Program-made: the position numbers and the translations under genes | Part shown: positions 17,452 to 27,361 of the stretch, piece by piece | Layout of the letters: each line of letters begins with the position of its first letter | Numbering within the stretch: position 1 is the stretch's first letter | IMG/VR virus record: IMGVR_UViG_3300032006_000003 | Coordinates: 18,757-82,756 of that record | Length of the DNA stretch: 64,000 nucleotides | Reading direction: 5' to 3' (one strand) | Origin: a virus | Notes under the pieces: model-generated | Told to the model about the DNA's origin: nothing | Seen by the model: the letters and a program-made list of their open reading frames with translations, nothing else | Database searches by the model: none

Positions 17452-18879
17452 TTATTCGTTAGTAACCGTTACTGTCGGTGCGCCAGTAAGAACCTCTACG
17501 TTGTCACTAACATTCCAGTTAGCTGCGGTTACGCTCTGATTAATCTTAAACTCCTTAGTTGCAAATCCGTCTGAAGCACCAGCGTTACCACCACCACCTA
17601 TCTCGTTAAGCTGAATAGTTAGGGTTCCAATCTTCATACGGTCGAAGGAACAAGAGCCTCCTTCAGTATACAAATTGCTCAGAATCAGCTTATCTATTTT
17701 TCCATTAACAGCGGATGTAGGAGCATCTATATGTATGCGGTCATATGTACCGCCTGAAGTTACCATTGCTTCTGCCTGATGATGACCTCCGCCAACTGCT
17801 CGCATTCTGGAAGTCCCCGGAGTCTGGTTAATACTTTGACCATCTGAGGCATTTCCAATTATGTTAATGGTGTGTGCTGTTATGTTGTCAAAGTACATAG
17901 TTGTACACCGTGACTTTTCAATTAGCATTTCACCTACCTCTAGGAATGTACTTGTCTCACCATTACCACTCTTTACTGTTCCACCAATCAATACCGCAGT
18001 CGCACTAGCGGCTGTTCCATTAAGAGAAGTATGTGCAGAAGATGGTACTGCACCTCCAGTAAATACAGTTCCTACTGTTACATTCTCAATTTTAATCTCT
18101 CTTACGGGAGTCGAACCCATAACAACTCTTAACGTGTTGTCTTCCTTATATTCTTGCCTCCAAGCCATTGCCTGTTCCAATGTGGGATCAGGGTTTTGAG
18201 CAGGGGCGGCGTATATGCCTGAGTCACCGTTTGTGAAGCTTCTGTCAGCCAAAACTGTCTCATTCACCACGACTCCAGTTCCAGCAGTACCTCCGATTGC
18301 GAGAAGTCCTATTGCCATCTGTGGACTGAATCCCATCATTCTTAGGAATGAATATGGAGACATCAGTATTTTAAATGTCGTCTTCCATTTTGCCGATTCA
18401 TTATTAGCATATTCAATCTTTTCCAATACCCAATTTCGCCAGACCGTAATTTTTTTGTATAGAGTAATCGGAGATCGTAGAATTGCTTTTGGAGCCGTTC
18501 TAAAGTTATTTAAGTGTAGCAATAGTCCAAATAGGATTAAACCTGATGAAACTCCTATAGTAGGAATTAAATTAGCTTGTAGAAATAATACTTGAGTATA
18601 TAACTCATTTGCTAATCCCATTGAGATATAAGGAGTAATTGCTGGGATTGGATTAATATAAGATACAAATAACCCTAGGCCCCCTAGCAGTACGAGTAAA
18701 GCTGTATTAATGGCTCCCACCACAGTACTAATCCCTTTTAAAGGAATTTTAATAGAAGGCAAATTAACTTTAGGCATATCCAAACGTATCATTGGCAATG
18801 ATGCTTTCGGCAATCTAAAACTGATTTTAGGCATATTAAGTGTTGGAATTGTTAATTTTCGTAAAAAACGTTTAAACAT
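17452..18879 (-). CDS. Multi-TM membrane protein with large C-terminal beta-rich domain
   Basis: Start ATG 18879 after GGAGG; Pro/Lys repeats, about three hydrophobic segments, Gly/Thr/Ser-rich C-terminus. Confidence 0.65.
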   Translation of the reverse strand: MFKRFLRKLTIPTLNMPKISFRLPKASLPMIRLDMPKVNLPSIKIPLKGISTVVGAINTALLVLLGGLGLFVSYINPIPAITPYISMGLANELYTQVLFLQANLIPTIGVSSGLILFGLLLHLNNFRTAPKAILRSPITLYKKITVWRNWVLEKIEYANNESAKWKTTFKILMSPYSFLRMMGFSPQMAIGLLAIGGTAGTGVVVNETVLADRSFTNGDSGIYAAPAQNPDPTLEQAMAWRQEYKEDNTLRVVMGSTPVREIKIENVTVGTVFTGGAVPSSAHTSLNGTAASATAVLIGGTVKSGNGETSTFLEVGEMLIEKSRCTTMYFDNITAHTINIIGNASDGQSINQTPGTSRMRAVGGGHHQAEAMVTSGGTYDRIHIDAPTSAVNGKIDKLILSNLYTEGGSCSFDRMKIGTLTIQLNEIGGGGNAGASDGFATKEFKINQSVTAANWNVSDNVEVLTGAPTVTVTNE

Positions 18880-18889
18880 AGCGGACCTC

Positions 18890-19171
18890 CTATTCATCAA
18901 ATGACAGTATGTATATTGGAGTTCGTTCTCCCATATATGCTCCACGGATATTAAACTCAAAAAAGTCTATTGCATCTTCATAAGTCATCTTATCTCGCTT
19001 CACCAGCACATCTAAAATTTTTTCCTCACTATATACTGCTCGTGGTGGATCATCATCAGTTACGCCTAAAAATGCTTCTGCGTAATCCATCCGTTCTTCA
19101 TCTGATCCTAACACTAACAGACTTTCATCCATCATTTCCGCCCATTCCATTGCAATCTCTAATCTATTCAT
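18890..19171 (-). CDS. Conserved-looking phage hypothetical protein
   Basis: 93 aa; AVYS..MTYEDAIDFFEFNIRGAYMGERTP pattern recalled from environmental phages (not searched). Confidence 0.6.
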   Translation of the reverse strand: MNRLEIAMEWAEMMDESLLVLGSDEERMDYAEAFLGVTDDDPPRAVYSEEKILDVLVKRDKMTYEDAIDFFEFNIRGAYMGERTPIYILSFDE

Positions 19172-19197
19172 CGTTATATTATACTCCTAATTTCGTA

Positions 19198-21036
19198 TTA
19201 TGCTATGACACATACACTAAAACCGCAGTTTTTACATGTCTCACACCCTGAATCAGCTACTATATAAGGTGAATCACAACATGGCTCATTCATTGGAGAG
19301 TCTTGTGTACCTTTAACTAGTACTTCTTTCTCTCGACTTCCTGCCCTATACACAGTAATTCCTTTACATTGTTCTCGCCACGCCAACATATATGTATCGT
19401 ATACATCCTCAACTGTTGCTTCTGTAGGCATATTAATAGTTTTTGATATACCTGAATCTATGTGAGGCTGGAAGAATGCTTGCATTAATACATGGTCAGC
19501 AGCTGAGATTTCAGGAGCCGTAATATATATCTTTTTAATATCGTCAGGTACTTCATCTCTATCCTGTAAGGATTCTCCTTTAGCTAAAGCGTTCATTAAC
19601 TCTTCAGAATAAAACCCTCGATCACGGGCTTCCTTCTCAAAATATTCATTAGTATATCGTAAAGTCTTGCCTTCTAGTATATTTTGCTTTTCCCATGCTA
19701 AAGCGAATGTAGGCTCAATTCCTGATGAACAGTTAGCAATCATAGAAATAGTTCCCGTTGGGGCGATAGTCATACGACACGCATTTCTATATACCTCTGT
19801 AATTGGATGAAAATTACTCTGTTCAAAAGCTGGAAAAGGTCCTCGTTTAACTGCAAGATCGAGAGATGCTTGATCAGCAATCTCTTGAATATATCTTATA
19901 AGAGATTGCCCAATTTTTCTCGCTTCTAATGAATTATATGGAACCCTAAGTTGTATTAATAAATCAGCGAAACCCATTATACCTACACCAATCTTTCGAG
20001 TAGCTTTTGTCATCTTCTCAATAGCAGGCGTAGCATAATGATTAGCGTCAATAACATTATCTAGAAAGTTTACAGATAACTGCGTAACTCTTTTTAAGCC
20101 TTCCCAATCAATTTTATCTTCCCATTTTTCAGTCCATTCATCCTGATAAAATTTTGCTATATTAATTGAACCTAAGTTGCAAGATTCATTTGGTAATAGT
20201 GGTTGTTCACCACATGGATTTGTAGCAATCATTTGACCGAACTCTTTCTTAACATGATTATCCGCATTTACTTTATCTAGAAAAATCATTCCCGGCTCAC
20301 CATTTTTCCATGCCCCTTCACATATCTTTTTAAATACGTATCGTGCTGATATAGTATCAACCATATGCTTTGTCTGTGGATCAATTAACCCATATGACAG
20401 GTCATACTCAACCATTTTCATAAACTGAGTATCAACGCCAACACTAATATTGAAATTGTGTATATCACCTTCACTAGATTTAGCGTCGATAAATTCAAGA
20501 ATGTCGGGATGATAGACAGACATAACAGCCATATTCGCTCCATCACGTTTACCTCCCTGTGTAATCATGGACGAAACTCTTGAAAGTGTTTTTAATACTT
20601 CAATTGGTCCACAAGCAACACCATGTGTAGATTTAATTTTGGCTCCTTTAGGACGGAGTTTGGATAATGAAAATCCTGTTCCACCCCCAAATTTCTGTAC
20701 CATTGCGGAATCTGTAGCGGCTTGCATAATACCTTCCATACTATCTTCTAAAGGGATTACAAAACAGGCAGACAACGTACCTTGTTCTGTTCCTGCATTC
20801 ATTAATGTAGGCGAATTTGGAATAAATTCAAAATTTGACATCATATGATAAAAATCTAATTCAAGCATAGTTTTCTCAACAGGTAACGTAAGGTACTGAT
20901 TTTCTATATCAGCAACTGCTTTTGCTACCCTTTTAAATAAACCATCAGCGTCTTCAACAGGCTCACTTTTTTCATTCTTTAAAAAATATCTGTGTCCTAA
21001 TACCGTTGCTGCCTGCGGTGAAACTGTTGTTGTCAT
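19198..21036 (-). CDS. nrdJ: Class II (adenosylcobalamin-dependent) ribonucleotide reductase
   Basis: NSPTLMNAG, TNPCGEQPL, TIAPTGTIS, SKTIN and KGITVYR motifs; C-terminal Cys cluster; no beta subunit in window. Confidence 0.9.
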   Translation of the reverse strand: MTTTVSPQAATVLGHRYFLKNEKSEPVEDADGLFKRVAKAVADIENQYLTLPVEKTMLELDFYHMMSNFEFIPNSPTLMNAGTEQGTLSACFVIPLEDSMEGIMQAATDSAMVQKFGGGTGFSLSKLRPKGAKIKSTHGVACGPIEVLKTLSRVSSMITQGGKRDGANMAVMSVYHPDILEFIDAKSSEGDIHNFNISVGVDTQFMKMVEYDLSYGLIDPQTKHMVDTISARYVFKKICEGAWKNGEPGMIFLDKVNADNHVKKEFGQMIATNPCGEQPLLPNESCNLGSINIAKFYQDEWTEKWEDKIDWEGLKRVTQLSVNFLDNVIDANHYATPAIEKMTKATRKIGVGIMGFADLLIQLRVPYNSLEARKIGQSLIRYIQEIADQASLDLAVKRGPFPAFEQSNFHPITEVYRNACRMTIAPTGTISMIANCSSGIEPTFALAWEKQNILEGKTLRYTNEYFEKEARDRGFYSEELMNALAKGESLQDRDEVPDDIKKIYITAPEISAADHVLMQAFFQPHIDSGISKTINMPTEATVEDVYDTYMLAWREQCKGITVYRAGSREKEVLVKGTQDSPMNEPCCDSPYIVADSGCETCKNCGFSVCVIA

Positions 21037-21045
21037 GAAAACCTC

Positions 21046-22737
21046 CTATCCTCTATAGTTACAATAAATGCAAAATTTGCGTTCCGGGACCCAAAATGAT
21101 GGTCGGCACTCTCCTTCATCACACTTTGGGTTAGGGCAATCCTTCATTGTTAAATCTGAATTGATTGACCCACTATAATTCATTGGCGGGGAATGTGTCA
21201 ATAACTCATCTCCATCTTGCTTATCTGTAACTGTAGATTGGACATCAAAGTTCATTTCTGCTGCTGGACTCGCATCGCCTGCTATATCATCTGCCCATAT
21301 TTGAATGTTTCCAACATGGACTACCTGATTCCACGTATGTTCATGGGCTGCCTGTAAAGCCATAGCAATCGAAAAGAATGCGTCCCCATGTCCCATCGGA
21401 GTTTCAGGTGCTTTTAATTCATTATTTACTGATAAAATTTGTTGTTTTTGTCGTTCATCTTTTAGGAGACTTACTCTATCTCCATGTACATATTGTTCAA
21501 AAATTTGTGCCATTGTGTTCTTTGCTTTTAATGTAAAATGCATAGGCCACCATGAATGGTCTAATCCTCTATCTTCTAGTTCGCCACGAGTATTATCTAT
21601 ATATCCTTTTGTTAAATCGTAATGTTCCGCTACCTCATTTAAATATTCAATTTGATCAGAGTAACTCCACCCATCTAACCATGATTGGTGTATTTGACGG
21701 GCTACCCCATTCTTTACACTAAAAATTACTAAGTGTGATGGGTGTCGTTTCTTTCCTACATCAAAGCCTGCAAATAACTGTTCATCTCTATCCACTTCAT
21801 ATCCTTTAGAGATAGGATAATTTTTTAAGTTTGCGTCTTCACATTTAGTAATATCATCATCTTCAAAATAAGCCTCTGTAGAAAAGTGTGGAATTAACAT
21901 GAACTCCGAAGCAAATGATTTAGGTCTGGCTCGTTGCTGTTGCAATAACCACTCTTCACTATATAGTTCAGGCATTAACACTCTTCTATCGGGGGCAGGG
22001 TCTAAAGCTGGAAGTACCCTAGATTTAAACCGATCATCATCTTGTAGCTTAGAAAGTAAGTCTCCCGGCATCATTGGAGTTCCTAATACAATAACAGGTA
22101 CTCCTTTCAATGGAATGAATAAACTCTCTGTAAGAAAGTGATCTTCGACTTTAGTAATCTGTGTAGCATTTAAGGGGTTCTCTGGGTCACGCATTACGTC
22201 ATCAGCTATTAAAGCCCCATTCACATGCATTCCACGTTTAAATGAAAATAGTCCTCCATGCATAATCTCAATCGGTTTATTATCTTTCATATACCGAAAC
22301 GAATAATCAGCCTTTGGATTCCTATTTGTAATCATATCCTTTAATAGGGGATTACGATTAACTGTCTTATTAATTTCTGAGATATGATACTGCGCCATTC
22401 CATCGCTATACGATAAATAAAGTACTGACATATCTCTAGTAGCCTGTAAGAGTCTCCAAATACTGAAGGCATGACCTAACACCGTAGATTTAAAATGGAA
22501 TCTAGGTAGTACAGCTACGTAATTTAAGTCTTCCTGTAAGCATTGTTCAATATCTTCAGCTACTACTCCTACATGCCAAGCCCTAAAATATTCAGGATGG
22601 TCAAATCCTTGTGACCAAATGTCTCTAAGAAACTCCCAAAAGCTTCCTTTAAATTGTGTACTTCCACCAGAGACTAACCCGTCAGCTAATTGGGAAAATG
22701 CATCAGTATAAGTAGTAACAGATTCTTTAGTAGTCAT
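21046..22737 (-). CDS. terL: Terminase large subunit
   Basis: PRFHFKST Walker A-like, IADD Walker B, GTP coupling motif, GFDVG nuclease motif, HGDAFFS. Confidence 0.9.
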   Translation of the reverse strand: MTTKESVTTYTDAFSQLADGLVSGGSTQFKGSFWEFLRDIWSQGFDHPEYFRAWHVGVVAEDIEQCLQEDLNYVAVLPRFHFKSTVLGHAFSIWRLLQATRDMSVLYLSYSDGMAQYHISEINKTVNRNPLLKDMITNRNPKADYSFRYMKDNKPIEIMHGGLFSFKRGMHVNGALIADDVMRDPENPLNATQITKVEDHFLTESLFIPLKGVPVIVLGTPMMPGDLLSKLQDDDRFKSRVLPALDPAPDRRVLMPELYSEEWLLQQQRARPKSFASEFMLIPHFSTEAYFEDDDITKCEDANLKNYPISKGYEVDRDEQLFAGFDVGKKRHPSHLVIFSVKNGVARQIHQSWLDGWSYSDQIEYLNEVAEHYDLTKGYIDNTRGELEDRGLDHSWWPMHFTLKAKNTMAQIFEQYVHGDRVSLLKDERQKQQILSVNNELKAPETPMGHGDAFFSIAMALQAAHEHTWNQVVHVGNIQIWADDIAGDASPAAEMNFDVQSTVTDKQDGDELLTHSPPMNYSGSINSDLTMKDCPNPKCDEGECRPSFWVPERKFCIYCNYRG

Positions 22738-23234
22738 TAATTCTCCTCAGATACCAATCGTCGAAAACGTGTTGCAATACGATCAATAGTTCCTTGATCT
22801 GAAACTTCTTCTAAAATTATTGTTAATACTTCTTGTACAAAAGTCAAATTCATCATCCCTTCCATAATTTTACGTTCACCTTGAATACTTAAATCAGCGG
22901 CTCTAACCGCATCTATTGCTCTATCAAAGACTAACCCGTCTAATTCATGAGTTGCTTTATGTCGCATAGACTCATAATTAAGTAACTGCTCTTCTTGAAT
23001 CCGTGTAAAGCGATTCTTTTCAGATTCTTGTACAACATCCATTGCATCAGTACGGGCTTCATCTCGTTTATCATTCCAATTAAATCGTTTCGCCCACGCA
23101 TATATTGTAGGCGGTTTTACAGACACATTAAAATCCGTAGACACCTTTCGGGCTATATTAGCCGCAGATAAATTCCCTTCTAAATATAGGTCCATTGCTT
23201 TCATCTGAACCTCTTGAGGTATTAATTTGGGCAT
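22737..23234 (-). CDS. terS: Terminase small subunit (HTH)
   Basis: HTH with TIYAWAKRFNW immediately upstream of terL; TAATG coupling. Confidence 0.75.
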   Translation of the reverse strand: MPKLIPQEVQMKAMDLYLEGNLSAANIARKVSTDFNVSVKPPTIYAWAKRFNWNDKRDEARTDAMDVVQESEKNRFTRIQEEQLLNYESMRHKATHELDGLVFDRAIDAVRAADLSIQGERKIMEGMMNLTFVQEVLTIILEEVSDQGTIDRIATRFRRLVSEEN

Positions 23235-23237
23235 CTA

Positions 23238-23852
23238 TTACTCTCCGATAGTGTGGTCTGTACTTCGGTTATTCTTGCTACCTTGTCCACCATAATTAAC
23301 AATTCTTTCTCGTCCTCCTCCCCATTGGCTAGGAAGTCCATATGAATAATCATTAGAGTTAACAGTTTGAGAATCTATATTTCCCCCATACGGAGAACCG
23401 TCACCCTGTATTAATTTAGAAAAGTCTATATGACCTGTCTTTCCATTTTTAGCTGCTGTATAGCAATAAGGAACCATTACTTTATCACCCGTGGCTCCAC
23501 GAATTGGACGGAACCGTAAAGCAATCTCAGTAGGTCGAGAACAAATTCGGTGGAATACTGCTTCTCCAGCGTTTGTTCCTATCGGTTGATAATTAGGATT
23601 ACCTTGAATTGTTCCCCATGTCTTTTGTAAATCTTTAACTGTATCATTCCAAAAACAGTCTTTGAACTCACACCAAACAAGTTTTCCATATTTCTCTTTA
23701 ATATCTTCTTCAGTTGTTCCTTCAGGAAGCTTATCTTCATATTCAATTTTATCAGTATACTCATCAGTAAATTGAACTTTAATCTGTCCCTCATTCGTCT
23801 TTTTTATTGATCTACTCGGTCGTTGATTTGTATTACCATAACTATTTACCAT
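23238..23852 (-). CDS. Hypothetical protein with Cys motifs
   Basis: 204-aa ORF; CEFKDC and two further Cys. Confidence 0.6.
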   Translation of the reverse strand: MVNSYGNTNQRPSRSIKKTNEGQIKVQFTDEYTDKIEYEDKLPEGTTEEDIKEKYGKLVWCEFKDCFWNDTVKDLQKTWGTIQGNPNYQPIGTNAGEAVFHRICSRPTEIALRFRPIRGATGDKVMVPYCYTAAKNGKTGHIDFSKLIQGDGSPYGGNIDSQTVNSNDYSYGLPSQWGGGRERIVNYGGQGSKNNRSTDHTIGE

Positions 23853-24342
23853 TTAATCTCTCCTTAACTTTCCAAGCTGCTATACAAGTTGCGTCTGCAA
23901 AATCTTGTTCGGGAAACTCTTCGCCCCATTTTTCTATTGCATATTCCATAATATCTGTCTTCTTTGCATTACCATTACCAATAATTTCTTTTTTCCATTT
24001 GCGATTGTCTACAACCTCTACATCAAATCCATTAACGAGACAAGCAGTACGAACACAGCCAATAACATTGGCAATCTCTACAGTTGTCTTAGGATTTTGA
24101 ATAAAAATAGCTTGTTCAATTGCTACATAAACCTTTTCATTTTCTGAACTTCTTATGTATATTTTACTCAAATCATGCCAAAAATTCACCGCAAATTCCA
24201 TGAATCTTTTTTCAAATGTCTTCTCTTTACTACTCCATTTCTTCTGAGTAATAAGATTATAATCACCGTCTAAAACAGCGCAATGAATTGCTTTACTAGA
24301 GCAATCGAATCCTAAATATGCTGTTTGTTCTTTAGTCGTCAT
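23842..24342 (-). CDS. ruvC: RuvC-like Holliday junction resolvase
   Basis: LGFDCS, IEQ, WKKEIIGNGNAKK and DFADA RNase H-fold acidic motifs. Confidence 0.85.
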   Translation of the reverse strand: MTTKEQTAYLGFDCSSKAIHCAVLDGDYNLITQKKWSSKEKTFEKRFMEFAVNFWHDLSKIYIRSSENEKVYVAIEQAIFIQNPKTTVEIANVIGCVRTACLVNGFDVEVVDNRKWKKEIIGNGNAKKTDIMEYAIEKWGEEFPEQDFADATCIAAWKVKERLNGK

Positions 24343-24523
24343 GAAACACCTTATGTACCTTTGGATGCTTTGCAACAGCCGCTACTACAAATCCGAATGT
24401 GATAGTTGCTATAAATAATATAAATATATTAATCTCAGTATACCGTCCTAATATTATTAAAAGAGCATCCTCAAAAAAATGTAATATAGAAACAATAACT
24501 GTAAATGGTATTAATCCTTTCAT
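24332..24523 (-). CDS. Small membrane protein
   Basis: 63 aa with two hydrophobic segments. Confidence 0.55.
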   Translation of the reverse strand: MKGLIPFTVIVSILHFFEDALLIILGRYTEINIFILFIATITFGFVVAAVAKHPKVHKVFHDD

Positions 24524-25042
24524 TTACATCCCCCTATGTGTATTATCCATACGGATAGTGACTACTCTAGAGACTGTATTATACGCTGTAGTGTATGTAT
24601 TTAATAGACCCGTTATACGAGTTTCAACAGCTTCTTGTTCAATAATCTCTCGTTTTAATTCTTTAAGAGAATCATATTTATCCATTACAGCCCCTCGAAC
24701 TTCTTCTCGTGTCAATTTCTTTTTTCCTGCCTCCTCTCGTTCATCAGCAACTCGACTAACGGCAGTTGCATATCCCTCCTCAAAGGCTGCAATTAAAGCA
24801 TTTTTCTTAGCTTGTGCGTCAGATATTTGACTTTCAAGATAGGCTTTATACCCCCCGTACACAACTAAAAATTCTTCTAATTCTTTATTAGTTGAATTCA
24901 TCAAATCTGAGAATTCTAAATGTTCTCGATCTTCTAAATTAACCCCCAAGGTTGGAACCATTAAAGAATCTACATATCTAGATGCAGACCCTAACGCTTT
25001 CATTGGGGACCAGCTAGAGTCACGTCTTTGCATTGACACCAT
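24524..25042 (-). CDS. Helical protein, possibly UvsY-like recombination mediator
   Basis: Coiled-coil 172 aa in the recombination cluster; function inferred from context only. Confidence 0.4.
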   Translation of the reverse strand: MVSMQRRDSSWSPMKALGSASRYVDSLMVPTLGVNLEDREHLEFSDLMNSTNKELEEFLVVYGGYKAYLESQISDAQAKKNALIAAFEEGYATAVSRVADEREEAGKKKLTREEVRGAVMDKYDSLKELKREIIEQEAVETRITGLLNTYTTAYNTVSRVVTIRMDNTHRGM

Positions 25043-25665
25043 CTATTACCTCCACATTTACTTGGTACTTCAATCATTTCCATAATACGTAAACACCGAT
25101 CTGTAATCTCTTTCCATTTCACCGGGTCACGCTGTAATTCAAACGCCTTTAGTTGTTGATCATTCTTATTCTCATATAATACCACACCATGATCCATTGG
25201 TAATAGATTTAAATAAATCTGTAATTGAATCTCATGTTCTGGTTTTGGGGCATTTTTAAGTGCATTAAAGCCCCTTGAATTAATTGACTTTAACTCCAAA
25301 GCTATCTCTTCATACTTCTCGTGAGCCAATATAAAGTCTACCCGCCCTGAAATAACAGGATACTCCAACTTAACTCGTAGTTCACGAGAAATTAATATAT
25401 CTAAATTTGCAAAATAGTCCTCCATTCGTTCTTCCAAATAAGACCCATTATCAAAAATACGTTGTAGTTTTGCGTCTAACGGTCGTTCTTTAATAAAACC
25501 ATTATAAGCTAAATACAAATATCTATCGCAAGTATTTCCTAAAGCAGAAGGATAAAACTTTCCTGCTTCCATTGGACTAAACTCTCCTGTTAGATATTTA
25601 TCCAACTCTTTTAAAAGCCATTTATCTTGTGGGAAGGTCACTCCAATTTGCTTAATGCCTGCCAT
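25000..25665 (-). CDS. Cas4-like PD-(D/E)XK exonuclease
   Basis: N-terminal Cys (TCDR), GRVD, ELKS, QLQIY and C-terminal CGGNRWCQC. Confidence 0.8.
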   Translation of the reverse strand: MAGIKQIGVTFPQDKWLLKELDKYLTGEFSPMEAGKFYPSALGNTCDRYLYLAYNGFIKERPLDAKLQRIFDNGSYLEERMEDYFANLDILISRELRVKLEYPVISGRVDFILAHEKYEEIALELKSINSRGFNALKNAPKPEHEIQLQIYLNLLPMDHGVVLYENKNDQQLKAFELQRDPVKWKEITDRCLRIMEMIEVPSKCGGNRWCQCKDVTLAGPQ

Positions 25666-25961
25666 AATGTCTCCTTTATATCTTTATATCCTACCTCTTT
25701 AATATGTAAAACATGTTGTACCATAGGTAATTCCATTAAGTCCATATCTCTTTTAATATCTCGTTTTTTATAATGTCCGTATATACCATCTGCTTCAATA
25801 ATCATGTTGATCTCAGGAATCCAGAAATCAACGACATACCGCATAAGAAAATGCTGTGTATCATATCGTAACCCAAACTCATCCAATATCTTTTCAATAA
25901 TTTTCTCCTGTGGGGTATTATCTTTAGGCGGTAAATTCATTTTGTAATTTTGTATAGGCAT
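25638..25961 (-). CDS. Vsr/DUF559-like endonuclease
   Basis: TPQE, YVVDFW, IEADGIYGH and RDIKRD motifs. Confidence 0.8.
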   Translation of the reverse strand: MPIQNYKMNLPPKDNTPQEKIIEKILDEFGLRYDTQHFLMRYVVDFWIPEINMIIEADGIYGHYKKRDIKRDMDLMELPMVQHVLHIKEVGYKDIKETLWQALSKLE

Positions 25962-26865
25962 CTGTATTAGTTAAAAAGAATTCTTTAATCCCATTCATTC
26001 CCATTGCCTTTTCTTCTCCATAAGTATACCACGGCCCCGCTTGTGTAATTAATTTTCGTGCTAATCCTTCTCTAATATAGCTTTCCAATATGTCAATACC
26101 GCCTTCCACACGGAAGGGTACGACCGCAGATTTCCAGTTTTCCCCTCCCACTTTACTCTTTCTAAGGCGTACTTCCATGTCAAATCCCACATTATCATTT
26201 CCCTCCTTAATCCAACCATTACGACGTACCTGTAATAGAAAATGAGCGAAGAACCCTTGTGCTAATCCTCCGGGCATATTATCTAATGCTACAGGTCCCA
26301 TACTTGATCGAACTTGATTAATAGCAATAAATGCTGATCCATGTTTTAAATTAGGTAATAGTCTTGGTAAAGAACTGTTTACAAATCGTGCTTGCCATGC
26401 AATTGGACTATATGAAAAATCTTCATCATGAATAGCTGTTGGAACAATTCCTGCAATACTATCTAAAACAATTAAATCCACTCCAGCCTGCATGAGTTCC
26501 CTAACTGTGTCCATTGCTTCTTCCCCATTCGTGGGTTGGGCTACCATAACATTACTGCTATCTACTCCACATTTCTCTACCCATGCTGCATCCCATGACA
26601 ATTCAGTATCAATCCATGCTGCGATTCCCCCCTCTCGTTGAACACTAACAACTGCTTGAGAGGCTAAATAAGACTTCCCTACGTTAGTTGGTCCGTATAC
26701 AAGAGTCATTCTTTTCTTAGGTATACCACCACCAGTAAGAGTATCAAGAGCAGGAATCCCGAAAGCGATACGTCCATAGGAAAAATCATCGCTATCACCT
26801 CGCAGTAAATTTAACGATTTTGATTTTAATAAACTTTCAATTGCTTCATCCGCAGTCTTCTTCAT
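25924..26865 (-). CDS. recA: RecA-family recombinase
   Basis: GGGIP, GPTNVGKS Walker A, IDTE, VLDSIA and INQVR. Confidence 0.9.
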   Translation of the reverse strand: MKKTADEAIESLLKSKSLNLLRGDSDDFSYGRIAFGIPALDTLTGGGIPKKRMTLVYGPTNVGKSYLASQAVVSVQREGGIAAWIDTELSWDAAWVEKCGVDSSNVMVAQPTNGEEAMDTVRELMQAGVDLIVLDSIAGIVPTAIHDEDFSYSPIAWQARFVNSSLPRLLPNLKHGSAFIAINQVRSSMGPVALDNMPGGLAQGFFAHFLLQVRRNGWIKEGNDNVGFDMEVRLRKSKVGGENWKSAVVPFRVEGGIDILESYIREGLARKLITQAGPWYTYGEEKAMGMNGIKEFFLTNTDAYTKLQNEFTA

Positions 26866-27131
26866 TCTCGTTGCCTCCTATGTACTGCTTCTGCCCATGC
26901 AAAATAAACAGCACAACATTGAATAATTTCTTCATACATGTGGATATCATCTTGTTCCCAAATTGCTCTAGCTACTTCACCATTCTCTTCTGTAGCAATT
27001 ACATTCCAATATTCATCAGAATGGGCTTTTTGATCTCCATACATGGAATCTTGTCTTTCTCGTTCTTTTAAAACATCTTCTAATACTATTGCTCTCGCCA
27101 CTTCATTTTCCATATTATCCTCCTGACTCAT
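26862..27131 (-). CDS. MazG-like nucleotide pyrophosphohydrolase
   Basis: EENGEVARA..EEIIQCCAV pattern. Confidence 0.65.
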   Translation of the reverse strand: MSQEDNMENEVARAIVLEDVLKERERQDSMYGDQKAHSDEYWNVIATEENGEVARAIWEQDDIHMYEEIIQCCAVYFAWAEAVHRRQRE

Positions 27132-27336
27132 CTAGCATCTCATCTATATCATGATCAACTCTCTCTTTTATAAATGTCCAGACCTGATCAGCAGCTTCTT
27201 TAGACTCCTCTAATTGCTGTTGAATAGGTAACTCGGTATCAATCTGATCGACGGATAAATCTATACGACCATACTGATTAGTTTGTAAATCTCCTACTCT
27301 AAATGTAAATCCTAAATGCATACTAACTTTTGGCAT
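27115..27336 (-). CDS. Hypothetical protein
   Basis: 73-aa ORF; GGAGG SD. Confidence 0.6.
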   Translation of the reverse strand: MPKVSMHLGFTFRVGDLQTNQYGRIDLSVDQIDTELPIQQQLEESKEAADQVWTFIKERVDHDIDEMLDESGG

Positions 27337-27361
27337 TCTTTCCTCCTACTATTTGACTTAT

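Noticed and set aside
25000-25665. CRISPR-Cas system
   Set aside because: Only a solo Cas4-like gene; no repeat-spacer array or other cas genes seen
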